From Octopus sinensis (lineage: Eukaryota): a stretch of 64,000 nt of DNA. A program made the position numbers and the translations under genes. Below are positions 13,564-26,424 of the stretch, one piece after another (position 1 is the first letter of the stretch; every line of letters starts with the position of its first letter). The DNA is taken from NCBI RefSeq assembly GCF_006345805.1, contig NW_021835981.1, forward strand, positions 4,739-68,738, read 5' to 3'. The notes beneath the pieces were generated by a model. The model was not told the origin of the DNA. It saw only the letters and a list, made by a program, of their open reading frames with translations, and did no database searches.

Positions 13564-14250
13564 GTCATCCCATAAATAATTGTTTTTTTTAATACTTCTT
13601 TTATTTTTCAAAATTAAAATAAACAAAGGTCTTTTTTAACCTAAAATATACTCTCCTTCATTTTTTACAATGCACTTCCATCTATCTGGTAGACTTGCAA
13701 GGGCCCTCTTCCAAAATTGACTTGTTCGTAACGAAAGATACTTCTCCACTACTGTTCTGACCTAATCTACAGAATTCATATTTTTTCTGTTCAAATGATT
13801 TTAAAGACTGTGGAATAAATGATAATCAGATGGGGCAATGTCCGGCGAATATGGTGGGTGGAGCATCGTTACCCATTCAAACAGCTCCAGCCTTTGCAAT
13901 GGCATCCATGCTGTATGTGGCCGAGCATTATCCTGATGCAAGAACAACTTTCGTCTTGAAACCAAAGATGGTCGGTTTCCGATGGCACGCAGATGTAGAT
14001 GAATGGTTGAATGACCAAATCCAAGCTTCTCTAGTAGTTTCTCAACAGTTACAATGGGATTATTTTCCATCAGGGTTTGGAGGACGTCCTCGTCGTGCTG
14101 TTCAGATCTTCTAGGATGAGGCTCGTCTTCTTGGCTTTTGTTTCGCGCTCGGAATTTCTAGAACCACCGTTTATTGTCCCATCGGCGCAGTATCATATAT
14201 TTTTAAAAAATGAACACAAATGACTTTTCTGGTAATTGCTTCATTTTGAT
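13560..14250 (-). mobile_element. Internally deleted mariner (DD34D) transposon remnant
   Basis: HQDNARPH...HPPYSPDIAPSDYHLF in ORF 13801-14070, with an N-terminal RWF.KF...GRP remnant. TIR-like end TA|TTGGGTCATCCCATAAATAA at 13560. Confidence 0.9.
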
Positions 14251-14286
14251 AATTAGATGTTCATGAGTTGGGTGTTTACAAAAGGT

Positions 14287-14390
14287 AAAAATATACAACG
14301 CTTCACCAATGTGCGTGTCGTGCGTGTGCAGGTGCCATGCTAATCTCTCTATCGTTCCAATTTTAGGATATGTACTGCAGAAGGTAGTAC
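14287..14390 (-). pseudogene. U6: U6 snRNA pseudogene (full length, diverged)
   Basis: Reverse complement GTACTACCTTCTGCAGTACATATCCTAAAATTGGAACGATAGAGAGATTAGCATGGCACCTGCACACGCACGACACGCACATTGGTGAAGCGTTGTATATTTTT aligns end to end with U6. The ACAGAGA box is damaged. Confidence 0.93.
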
Positions 14391-14462
14391 TTCGCTAGTA
14401 CTCTCACTCGCGTCTCTCTTTCTCTCTCTTTCTGTATATATATATATATAGTATATATATAT

Positions 14463-14508
<46 letters not shown>

Positions 14509-14624
14509 CTTACAGTTACTAAAAACTAGTTACTAAAATCTAGGGTGTGTTGCGCCGTTCCGTTACTTAAAAAGCATAAGAATGTACAATGAATGCACAG
14601 ACGCACACGGAAAGAAGTATACAC

Positions 14625-14702
<78 letters not shown>

Positions 14703-14707
<5 letters not shown>

Positions 14708-14908
14708 ATCCAAACATGAAAACACAAAGATAAAACACAACAATGCGAGGACGTGGAATAAGTATAGTATTATTGGACGCTCAGGAATAAGGAAAGAAAG
14801 AGGATTTAACGTTTCGAGCGGTGCTCTTCGTCAGAAACATAAGAAAAGGAAAGATCCAAAGAGGGAAGACGGAGGGGAAAAAATTGCCAACGGTACACAT
14901 GCGGTCAC

Positions 14909-14910
<2 letters not shown>
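14703..14910 (-). mobile_element. Short (TA)n-flanked repeat with a minimal hammerhead (Penelope pLTR-like, family B variant)
   Basis: Reverse complement of 14804-14838: GUUU-CUGACGA-A-GAGC ACC GCUC-GAAA-CG-UU-AAAU. Related to the copies at 19.8, 41.5 and 48.6-49.0 kb. Confidence 0.65.
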
Positions 14911-14978
<68 letters not shown>

Positions 14979-15009
14979 TGTACATTCGTTCATTAATCAA
15001 TAGATTCTT

Positions 15010-16985
15010 ACACATGATTCATAAATGAATAGACACCCTGATGTAAACCTTATTTTTGATCCTAACACATTACCACATTGAAATAGATTCATTCTAAAAG
15101 ACAAATCATTTCAGAGGTATAATAAAACCCTAATTAATGAGCAGAAAGCAAACAACAAGATTAAAATATTCGAGAGGAGACTAACGTTTAAAAGAAATTC
15201 AATAAAATTACCAAGACACAACTTAACTTTTGAACGTCTACAAAATATGTAACAAACATAAGCAAGCCAGGACAACATAAACGCAAAATTTGTATAAAGG
15301 GAATAATAGAAAAAAAAACTAAGAATAGAAAATTCTAAAGATGGTAACCTAGAATAGTCTAAACCTGAAAATAAATAAGTGATTAAAATCGTATGACCTT
15401 CATGATCAAACTAAAAGAACTCTCGATGTTACTTTTTAACGATGCATTTAAAACAACAAAATAAATGTAATCCTGGCCTCGCAGACTCAATGAAAACCAA
15501 CAGGAAGATCAATATCACAATGTTGAATGAGATAACACTTGTAGCAGCTACAAGCTACAACAGTAGTTACTCTGAAATTTAAAGTAGTGAAAAAAGATAG
15601 AAAATAATGGTATTATTTAACAAGAACAGAACTGAACTAAAAGCACATAAATACACTGTAAAAATCGATAAATGAAGATCTCGCCAAGGAAGAAGCATCG
15701 TAACATCGAAAAGAGTTTATCGGTATAAATTAGAAATTATTACCAATGTAGCGATATTTCTCGTAAATGTTCTTTTATCACAATAACTTCTCCGAATCAA
15801 ACGCAAACGATTCTCACCAAGAACTAGGGTAAAATTTTACGACAACTGCATCACTAACATCAAAGGAAATAAAAGAACCTTGTAGAGGATTATGGATAGA
15901 GATGGAATCACGGCACACGAAATTTAGTCAAAGTATTTATGCAACAACTAAATTACCGTGAAAGATTACTTCAAGGAAAAAGCTACAAGAGAAAGAGGAA
16001 CATTTGGAATGTACCAAGGAATGGTAAAATCCAAAAACCTTCTGGCAAAAAATTTAATATGCTCACATAAAAGGACTAGCGAAAATATGGAATATAATTT
16101 CGAAAAAGCTAGAAACAACAATTAATTGACTCATTCACAGGAAAATCGTCTTCGTCCCCGAGAATTCATGGACAATTTGAAAGAAATACACAAGACGTTA
16201 AGGATAATACTGCATCGTGAGCATGGCTTAAGCGAGGTGATTTGAAGCCTAACACCGAAAGCCTGATCATTGCTGCACAAGACCAGACTCTCACTACCAA
16301 TTCAGTGAAGTGTAACATCTATAAAAATTCTGACACCCAGAAATGCAGACTCTGTGGAAAGAGTATGGAAAATGTGATCCACTTGGAAAGTGGATGTGAG
16401 AGCCTTGCACAAAAAGAATGCAGGCGCTGCCACGATAGTGTGTGTGTATCTTCATTGGCTCTTATGCCGTAAATACCAATATGAAGTATCAGAGAAGTGA
16501 TATGAGCACGTACCACGTAAAGTTATGCAGGAGGATTGAAAAGTAACGATACTCTGGGACTATGATTTTCAGACGGATGAGTAATCAATAACCGTCGGCC
16601 AGATATTTTCAAATTGAATAAGAGAGACAAATACTGTCAGATCATTGATGTAGCTGTACCAAATGACGTTGTGAGTAAAGAGATTGGAAAAATCAACAAG
16701 TACTCTGAATTGAAAGTGGAAATGGCAAGACTGTACAGAATGCGAGAGGGTAATGTAAAAGTGATACCAGTGGTGATCGGAACGTTGGGTTTAATCCCAT
16801 TGAAACTTCAAGACTCCTTAAGGCAACTGGAAATTCCATGCAAGATTGATGTCTTGCAAAATGGAGCCTTATTGGGCACAGCACACATCTTAAGGAATGT
16901 TTTATCTGTCTGAGGTCTTTGTTGTGACTTGACGTATGGCTAAAAACTCCAGTGCATTTTTACCTACACTGTGTTACGAAGGAAT
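15010..16985 (+). mobile_element. Degenerate, internally deleted R4/Dong-type LINE (second family)
   Basis: AAQDQTL, CRLC...HLESGC, IIDVAVP, LLGTAHILRNVLSV* (stop at 16913). The 3' UTR TGAGGTCTTTGTTGTGACTTG ends in (TAA)n. No RT core visible; 5' boundary uncertain. Confidence 0.85.
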
Positions 16986-17011
16986 AATAGTAATAATAAT
17001 GATAATAATAA

Positions 17012-17400
17012 TCCTTTCTAGTGAAGGCACAAGGCCTTGAAACTTTTGGGGAGGAGGCCTAGTTGATTACTTCGACACCATTCTTTCACTTGTACTTAAT
17101 TTATCGACCCCGAAAGGATGAAAGGCAAAGTTGACCTCGGTGGAATTTGAACTCAGACCGTAAACACAGATGAAATACCGTTCAGCAATTTATCCGGCGC
17201 CTCACAGTTTCAAATACAAGCCCTCTAACTGGGAGAGACGAGCGGTCAATTATATTCAGTTAGTGCTTCACCGGTATTTTATATTATCGACCTCGAAAGG
17301 ACAGAATTCATCATTTAGGTCAGCTCTAGAAGAACTCAGAAAATAAGTTATACCAATTCCACAAAGCATTTTGTCCAACGCTCTACATATTCTGTCAACA
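17012..17400 (-). mobile_element. Two adjacent degenerate SINE copies (GGCGGCGAGC-head family, alternative tail)
   Basis: ttatcgaccccgaaaggatgaaaggcaaagttgacctcggtggaatttgaactcag at 17101-17157, with a second degenerate copy at ~17280-17400. Confidence 0.8.
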
Positions 17401-18212
17401 TGGTAATAATATTTCATATCATAATCAAAATTAAGTAAACAAGCTGTAAGAACTGAAGTTTATATCGACCGTAGGGGTTGTTTGGTACTTATTGATCATA
17501 AGAGGCAGAAGGGTGATTTACAAAACATAAAAGGAGGTACTAACTACTACAATTTATTATGTTTATTACTTTACAGATTTGAACAATCCCCGTCATTATT
17601 CCGTCAAAGAGAAAATGTGTCTTCCATAAACTTTGTAGATTCTCACGGCCTAGAGATATCCATGGAGTACATAATACTTGAAATACATAATACTTGAAAT
17701 TATGTATGTTGATTCTAATAAAGTATGGTTTTGTTGAGAAGAACGGAAACCTTTATAGTAGAAATGGCAGAGACAAAGATGGGGCGGAGAAGGCGTGGGT
17801 GTCATCAGAAACCAGCTCATAGGTCTTCTTTAGGATGGCGTCTTGGATGTTGTATGTATCAGTGTCATAACCGTCACGAGAAAATATACGCGCGCAATTC
17901 TCATTGTGTTTGAAGATAGGCAACTAGACAGAGTATTGATTGAAATCGTTAGATTGTCAGTTTACGGATCTTACGGTATTCATTCAGGGTCGCAGAACGT
18001 TTAAGATTCAAATACTGTTCAGATCAATTTTACTTTTCGTTCCTTCTAGATCAAGGAATAAAGTATTAAAGTACAACCGATTCTTCTCTCTCTCTCCCAC
18101 TCTCTCCCTCTCTCTCTCTCTCCCACTCTCTCCCTCTCTCTCTCTCTCCCACTCTCTCTCCCTCTCTCTCTCTCTCCCACTCTCTCCCTCTCTCTCTCTC
18201 TCTCTCTATCTA

Positions 18213-18250
<38 letters not shown>

Positions 18251-18952
18251 CTCCCTTTCTTTCCCCTCTCTCTCGCTTTCTCTCTCACACTTATCGCTTT
18301 CTCTCGTTCTCTCTCTTTCTCTCTCTCACGCTCTCTGTTTCCTCTCCCTCTCTATCTCCTCTCCCTCTCTATCTCCTCTCTTTCCTATCTTCCCTCTCCC
18401 CATTCTCCCTCACATTCATCTCTTTCTCTCTAGTTCTCTCTATTTCTCTTCCCTCTCGCTCTCGTTCTCTCTCCCCTTCTCTCTCTCTCTCACTCTCACT
18501 CTCGCTCTTTTTCTCTCAAAGACCCAGCCTTGTCACATTGGGTCACATTATTTAAACATTAAATCTTCGCAGGACGAACCTATGGAATAGTCAGCCACTT
18601 GTATCTTAATTTCAAAAGTGGAAACTCAATAGGTGAACGAAAAATCGAATGCTCATCGTCGACAGCGACGAAGAGACCATGACAAGATAATCAACATCTA
18701 ATCAAAGCTGAAGCATCTATTTTCTCTCGGAAAAAGGAAGCTATTTCTTTTGGAGGTTTCTAGTTTTTGGCAAAAACCATAGAAATGTGATGTATTACTT
18801 CTTACGAACACGAATATTTATGTAAGATGGCATTGTTATGAGGATTCTGTGATGCAAACGCTAACATTTGACTCTCAAAAGAACTATGGGATGGTCGTGA
18901 AGAATTATACAAGCAATTTATCAAGCCGAACGAATCTGAAGCGCCGATGTGC

Positions 18953-19019
<67 letters not shown>

Positions 19020-19036
19020 GTACAATAATAATAAGT

Positions 19037-19077
<41 letters not shown>

Positions 19078-19184
19078 AATAATAATAAGTACAATAATAA
19101 TGATCATCGTGATATTCATGACAATCATAACAATGATATAATTTTAAGCATTATTATTATTATTATCATTATCATTATTATTGT

Positions 19185-19228
<44 letters not shown>

Positions 19229-19243
19229 TCATTAATATTATCA

Positions 19244-19290
<47 letters not shown>

Positions 19291-19511
19291 TTATTATTAT
19301 TATTATTATTCACTTGAGGAAAATCTAGTTCTGCCTTATTCTGCTAATCTGTACGGCTTACAAATTGAGTTATTTGTTTATTTATGAAAGTAAAAGGATT
19401 AGTTTTGGGAGAAAAAACAACAACCACGAAACAAAGAAAACAAAATAATAATAATAATAACAATAACTTGGGCATTTGTCAATGCCTTGACATGTATATG
19501 ATGCGACTTAC

Positions 19512-19600
19512 CGCCAATCTTGGAATTGAAAGCAATACCAACACCGCATATATTGTTGTTTGCTGTCATGGCAATCTCGCCAGCACACCGTGTTCCGTGC
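19512..19600 (-). CDS. PCSK1-like: Convertase exon with catalytic His: [29 protein letters not shown](G)
   Basis: 89-nt exon. Acceptor tttcttccag, donor gtaagt. [11 protein letters not shown] is the PC1/3-type form of the motif. Confidence 0.97.
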
Positions 19601-19789
19601 CTGGAAGAAAGGTAAATCGTAGTTAATATATACGTATGTTTGCTTTATTCTATGCGCGTCACTAATGTAGTATATATATATATATATTATATATATATAT
19701 ATATATATACACGCGCGCGCACCTTCGTTTTGAGATCACTACTATCTTATTATCTCCCCTTCTTCCTAGCTCTCCTGTGTGACCCTTCT

Positions 19790-19980
19790 GTCCGGCGTTT
19801 GCCATGATAGATAGCTAGCCACTACACATTCTATATTTTCTCTCTTTGTTTCTTTCTGTGGAAGAGCGTAGGCTCGAAACGTTAAATACTTTTTCCCCTC
19901 CCGAGCGTTAAACTAATACGCCTGTTTGTTGTCTACACCACCTGTCTTCGTAATTTGTTTTTTTGTGAATTCTCCCCCAC
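19790..19980 (+). mobile_element. Family B pLTR-like repeat with a variant minimal hammerhead
   Basis: CUUU-CUGUGGA-A-GAGC GUAG GCUC-GAAA-CG-UU-AAAU at 19852-19887. Homologous to 48810-49002 and ends in (TA)n. Confidence 0.65.
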
Positions 19981-19982
19981 CC

Positions 19983-20101
<119 letters not shown>

Positions 20102-20124
20102 ATATATATATATATGCATATATG

Positions 20125-20155
<31 letters not shown>

Positions 20156-20965
20156 AGCAAAAGACAAGATTGTTGTGGGCGTGTTTTTGCATTTGTGCGA
20201 CACATACACGCACTCACACACACTCACACACACTCCACCGTTTAACAATTAGTGTTGGTTTAATTACATATCCATAATTTAGCTCTTCAGCAAAGGACAC
20301 GTATTTAAAGAAAAAAAATGAATCGTGACAACGGTATTTGGCAGGCTAAACCCTGCATGCCTACAATCTAATAACAAAAATTTAAAACAATAAAAGCGTG
20401 TACACACGTGCACAGATCTACAAACTATACCTCTATACATGCATATAAGAATAGATTATACGAACATTCATACACGTGTAGGAATGTATAGAAGCATATA
20501 AATTTATCACAACACGCTAAAAACTTTAAACTTCGACGACGTAATGGTAGGACATAAGCATGGCGTTATTTTAATTCCACATAAAACTGAACTCGAATTA
20601 AACAATTATGGGCAGGTACATACGGAATTATCTCTCCCTTCTTTTTGTGTATCTATTTACAAATGCTGTGTCTTTCTACTTATTTATACATATTTCTGTA
20701 AGTATCTATACGTGTACATACATACATGTATACAAGGAGATAGAAAGAGAGAAAGAGAGAGAGAGAGTATGTTTGAAAGATGGACATATTTGTCAAATGA
20801 GTGAATATTGCTGACAGTTACGCTTTCTGACAAGTGACTCAATACTCAAGTGCAATCTCGATTAAAAGTTTGATGTACACTTCCATTTAGTGAGGAATAA
20901 GCGAAAACTTAATTCGCAACAACAGCTGCATCTGTAGCTAGATATATACATAGTTAGATTGGCAA

Positions 20966-21000
<35 letters not shown>

Positions 21001-21014
21001 ATATATATATTATG

Positions 21015-21047
<33 letters not shown>

Positions 21048-21313
21048 GTATATAATATATATATTTAAATATATATATATATATTATATATATATATATA
21101 TGTATGTATGTATATGTATGTATGTATATATATATATATATATATACATACAATACATACATACATATATATATATATGTTATGTATATGTATATATATA
21201 TATATATTATGTATATATATATATATATATATATCAAAAATATATAACTATATATATAGATTTAGATATATACATATAAATGTATATATAGAGAGAGACA
21301 AACAGACAGAAAG

Positions 21314-21368
<55 letters not shown>

Positions 21369-22580
21369 GCTGATAGATGTTTATGAATACATGCTTGTGT
21401 GTGTGTGTCTCTGTAACAAATAATTTGCATACTAGTGTATGTGCTTCTCCACAAGTGTAGGTGCTTCTATATACTCCAGTGTATATAGAACATAGGAGGT
21501 AACACTAAATAAGGTATATATACTAAAATCGTAAAGCAAGATACGTAATAACAGGCTATTTAGTAATGAGATAATAGCAATTCAAAGTAAATAACTCTGA
21601 AAATGGCTTTGTGCGTTCCCAGAGAATATTACCCTCAGTGATGCTAGTGTTGGTATGTTCGTGAATAAGTCATTAACCGAAATAAGTGGATCTATTGTTT
21701 AGGAAAATACTATTTACTTGTTTAAGGCTTGTACTGGATAAATTGCGAAAATAACTCTGACAGTTCAAATACTAAGAAAAAAGCATACTCAATTTCAATT
21801 TTACTAAATAATATAGGAAAATGAATGGGTTATTTCCCTTGGCTAGATAAGGATCCCTTCTAGTGGCGAATGGATTATTTCCCTTGATTCTTAAAAATAC
21901 ATATATTCGATATATCTATATATATATAAAGATCACTTCCAGGGCCTCTATTATCAATTTTACCAACAATCTGAGTTTGCCATGAGGTTTCCAGACACAA
22001 GTTCTACTCATGTGTCAAGTTTCATCAAACTCTATAAAACGATGTAGGCGGAGTTAGCTGACAACTCCACAAACACACTCACCTATAGAATTTCGTACTA
22101 AATATATAAGTGTTCGTTTTAGACATTTTTACCTTGTATTATTTTATCGAGCTTAATGTTTATATTATAAAAACAATTACATAAGTCTATTTTGATTTTA
22201 TTATCCGATGTTTTATTAATACCCCACCACCACCACCACACCACAAAAAAAACTTGTAAAAGTAACATCACTGATTCTTTTTAGTATCTATAATTTTAAC
22301 GCCTGCATCTAACTTTTGAACTTTCTTTTTTTTTTCAATCAATCTTTTTATTCTTGAAATTTGAAAATAAGGAATTTAGTATCTGCAATAATAATGATGG
22401 ATATTAAATTAATAATATATATATAAATAAGAATGATATCAATAATAATAATGCTGATGATCACAATAATGACGAAAAACAATATCAAAATTACTTGAAA
22501 AATCGATAAGGAATTACCCAAATTTTGCAAACGTATTTATATGTACACACAAACACACCCACTGACACACACTGATACAT

Positions 22581-22631
<51 letters not shown>

Positions 22632-23334
22632 GTGTGTGTGTGGTGTGTGTGTGTATGTGTGGTGTGTGTATGGATATATATAATATATATATCCATAACA
22701 CATATACATTTATGTGTATATATATGTATGTGTGTATGTATGTATGGTTTACATGGATAAAGAGCACTCATACGTGGTAATAGCTGTATCAGTTTTCCAA
22801 ATAATCTGTTATGTGTTCTGAATAGCAAAACCATTAATATTGTACTGTTTCACTCTTTGGCAGGCAGAAAAAAAGAAAATGAATAAATAAATACAATTAT
22901 ATCTGAAATGCTGTTGCTTCAATTTATGCAGGGTGAAAATCTGATTACAAATTCAACGAAAATATATCGATGTACGCTGCAGATACACACGAAATATATT
23001 TATATATGAAACAAAGAATGTAATTTCATATTCATAAATGCTGGCGTATTTATTTTTTCAACATTTGGATAGGAATTCCAAATGTATATTCGATAAACCT
23101 AAATAGATTCTAATTTATAGAAAGAAAATTTAACCCAACATTTTTCTTTAAAAATTCATTTTTCTGAAGATTGTAAGTATCTAAACATGAATGTGAAGTG
23201 CATTTCAGAGATAAAAAAAAAGTATACAGAAAGTGCGGTAATCCTGGTTTATAAACCAACGTTAAATAAATCATTACCAATTTACCTGATCGTTCAAATT
23301 AAATATTCTGATGTACTATAAATATTAGTTTGAA

Positions 23335-23536
23335 ATTTTGCACAAAGCCAGCAATTTCAGGTGAGGGCAAGTCGATTACATCGGACCAACTGCTCAAATA
23401 CTATTTATTTTATTGGCCTCGAAAGGATGAAACGTAAAGTTGGCCTCGGCGAAGTTTGAACTCTGAATGCAAAGACGGACGAAATGTCGCAAAGCATTTT
23501 GCCCGGTGTGCTAACGATTCTGCCAGCTCGGTGCCT
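23335..23536 (-). mobile_element. tRNA-derived SINE (GGCGGCGAGC-head family, alternative tail)
   Basis: gaaaggatgaaacgtaaagttggcctcggcgaagtttgaactc...gctaacgattctgccagctcg. Confidence 0.85.
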
Positions 23537-23561
23537 TATGATCTACGGTAAATATCAACAT

Positions 23562-23790
23562 GTGGAAGAGCATGGCTCAGTGGTTAGGGTGTTGTACTCA
23601 TGGTAGTAAGATTATGATTTCGACTCCTGGGCTAGGGGATGCGTTATGCTCTTGAGCAAAACTCCTCAGTTCATGTTGCTCAAGTCCACTTAGCTTGTAA
23701 AACTGAGCAATCCCACGACGGTCTAATGCCCATCTAGGGCTAGGGTGGGGCAAGAATATATACGCCACAGAATCCCGGAAACCAAACATT
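23562..23790 (+). mobile_element. Degenerate tRNA-derived SINE
   Basis: Head gtggaagagcatggctcagtggttaggg (A box) and atttcgactcc (B box) resemble the head of 38401-38789. Confidence 0.65.
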
Positions 23791-23963
23791 TGAACATATT
23801 GTTTATGAACCTATTTACATGTTCATACGTATAATATCACTATATTACTGACTCAGCCAGGATATCAGATGTTATACATCGCTGGTAGCAGAAATTGCTA
23901 CATCGCTGGTAGCAAATTGCTTCCTCACTTGTTGTAGATTTTGAATGATGCCACCCTGCTGCG

Positions 23964-24019
<56 letters not shown>

Positions 24020-24262
24020 ATATATTAATTGTTCAAAAGAAAAAAATATTTTCGAATTCTTTTTTTTATGAGGTTTTCACGCTAACTACCCGATAATTTC
24101 TTGTTAAGATCCCTTATTAAGAGGTTATCCTTAATTGTTAAACTTATTCCGAAATACTTTTTATTACCCGGCATGCAGTTCGTAAAAAGCCCGCCATTTA
24201 CCGGATATATGATTTATAAACATTCCATGTTCTTGGCCGGAGTGGGCAGTTGTCTGTTCGTC

Positions 24263-25946
24263 AGTTTGAGTTCGGTCGTGTTTTTTTACGCTCGTAGAAT
24301 TCGGTAAAAAAGATCAAAAAGAATTGTTGTTGTTGTGGAGATTTTGAACGGCGTTGAGGCGGTTTCGCGTTTCGCTGGTTCTGCGCGTTACACTTTTTCT
24401 GTTTTGGCGGCCGTTTTCGGCCCGTCAGACAGGAGGAAATGGATGACCACTCCCTAGTGGGGGAGTCGGAGGAGGAATGGATATTTGAGAGCTTGTCGGA
24501 GACATCGTACTCTGAAGACGAGCAAATCGGTGATGTAAATAATGTGGAGATAAAAAACAGGAAAACGTACGCAGGAGTTGCAAAAAAGAAGACGGCACAG
24601 GAAAAGGAAATAAACCTAGAAAAATTGCCAGGTTTCCAGAGGTATATGAGGAAGGACAGCGGCGAGGTGGAACTGGAACCACCACCAAAGAGAAAGGAAT
24701 GGTACAATAAAGGACCATTATTTACAGGGTGTCGCGAACGAAAGAAGAAAATAGAGGTTGTAAACATGGAGTGGATAGAGGAGGCCCTGAGAAGATCGGA
24801 GGAGGAAATCATTTTTCTGACTCGAGGATCGAAGTACGGTACTGTAGTGGTACATTTTAAAGTGAGACTTCAGCGAGGAGATGGCGGTGAAGGCGGTGAA
24901 GTCAGAAAAGGTACACTTTTACCTATGTATTTGAATAGAAGGATTACACGTGTGAGGTGGAGGGAGTGCCACCAAACGTTGAGGCTGAGTGGGATTGTGG
25001 CGGCTGTGATCAGCGGCACGAGGAGAAAGTGGATATTCTCCATGCCTCGGTCAAGACCGAGGGCTGGAGAGGCGTACAGTGGAGCTGAACGTGCAGGCAG
25101 AAAACGAGGTACTGGTGGACCTGGCGGAAAGTATTAAATTGGGAGACGTGATTATGAGAGAGTGTGGTGGAGGGCAGAGCTCCACGTTGTTACAAGTGTG
25201 GCCTGAGGGGCCACATAAGAGCCTTCTGCCCTCCCCCACCAAGAGAAAAGGAAATCGTTGAGGAAGCTCCAAAAGAGGAGGCCCCAAAAGAGGAAGAAAT
25301 TAAAGAGAAGCAGACGGAAAGGGAACGACAGAGGAGGAGGAGATGCAAAAAGAGTGTGAGGAGGCAGAAAGAAGAGAAAAGGAAAGAAAAGGAAAAACTG
25401 TGCGAAGCCCCAACCCACCCCAACACCACCCACAAACCTTGGAGACCCATCCTGCCCTGCAAACAGCAATCCCACCACCCCCGCCTACAAGAAAAACGAA
25501 AACGACACACAAAAGAACATACAAAGGCCCCAGTCCTACTTTTTATGTGTTGTGAGGAAGGGGGATACCGAGAACGCAAGAAGGCTTTTTGAGGACGATG
25601 TATGGCAAGAGTATGAAGACGGTACTACGCGGTGTTCGATTTGAACTTATGGGCTCTTTGATGAGCAAGTGTAATGAACTACGTATAAATTGTTTTCAGC
25701 GTATATGAAGGATGATATGATAGAGAGGTATGAAAGAGAAATGAAGGGTGAGGTAAAAGACTTGGAATTGTGATAGGAAACGGAAAGGTAAGTGATGCTG
25801 GCGGAGGGGGCCGTTAACATCGCTTTCATATTATCATTTTTTTCATTTTACCATTCATTTACTCATAATTTTAATCACATTGTTTTATATCCCCCATGTC
25901 TTGTAATGTTCCCTCTTCGTAGCCCCTAGTGGGTAATAAAGAAATA
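24263..25946 (+). mobile_element. ORF1-only (HAL1-like) L1/Tx1-type retroelement
   Basis: TSD CAGTTGTCTGTTCGTC at 24247-24262 and 25951-25966. Frameshifted gag-like ORF 24439 to ~25770 with TYAGVAKK, CYKCGLRGHIRAFC knuckle and a Glu/Lys-rich tail. AATAAA at the 3' end. No endonuclease or RT. Confidence 0.82.
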
Positions 25947-26012
25947 GGGCCAGTTGTCTGTTCGTCTTCGCTACGTAAGGTTGGTAGTTTATTTTATGAT
26001 GTGTTCAGAATC

Positions 26013-26070
26013 AGTTCTGCTGAGGATCATAAGACGTAAGTTGAATGTGAAATCACGGTGATACAGAACT
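26013..26070 (+). ncRNA. Type I hammerhead ribozyme
   Basis: AGUUCUG-CUGAGGA-U CAU aa GAC GUAA GUU ga AUG U-GAAA-UCAC G GUGA-UA-CAGAACU. Predicted cleavage after A26063. Confidence 0.88.
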
Positions 26071-26355
26071 AAATTCATTTTTTAAATGTCTTGCTTTGAA
26101 AAACTGCATTTAGGTATGATTAGTATAATTTTGGTAGTAATGACTTTGTCCCTCTTAGTGTGAGCATTTATGTGTAATAATGCCCTCTATACAATATAGA
26201 TATAATTAATTTGTTCAAAAGAAAAATTATTTTCGAATTCTTTTCTTTTATGAGGTTTTCACACGCTAACTACCCGATAATTTCTTGTTAAGATCCTTAT
26301 TAAGAGGTTATCCTTAATTGTTAAACTTATATATACATATATATATACATATATA

Positions 26356-26397
<42 letters not shown>

Positions 26398-26424
26398 CAT
26401 TATTATTATTATTATTATTATTAT

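Larger units (their letters stand above)
24026..26326 (+). mobile_element. Second, diverged copy of the hammerhead element (unit ~477 bp once the insertion is removed), partial tandem in (TA)n
   Basis: 24026-24145 is repeated at ~26207-26326. Offset 2181 minus the 1704-bp insertion gives 477. Colinear similarity with 12657-13381. Confidence 0.85.

Noticed and set aside
21910-22110. Helitron-like fragment (tgtgtcaagtttcatcaaa)
   Set aside because: No recognisable 3' hairpin/CTAG end; too degenerate to call.
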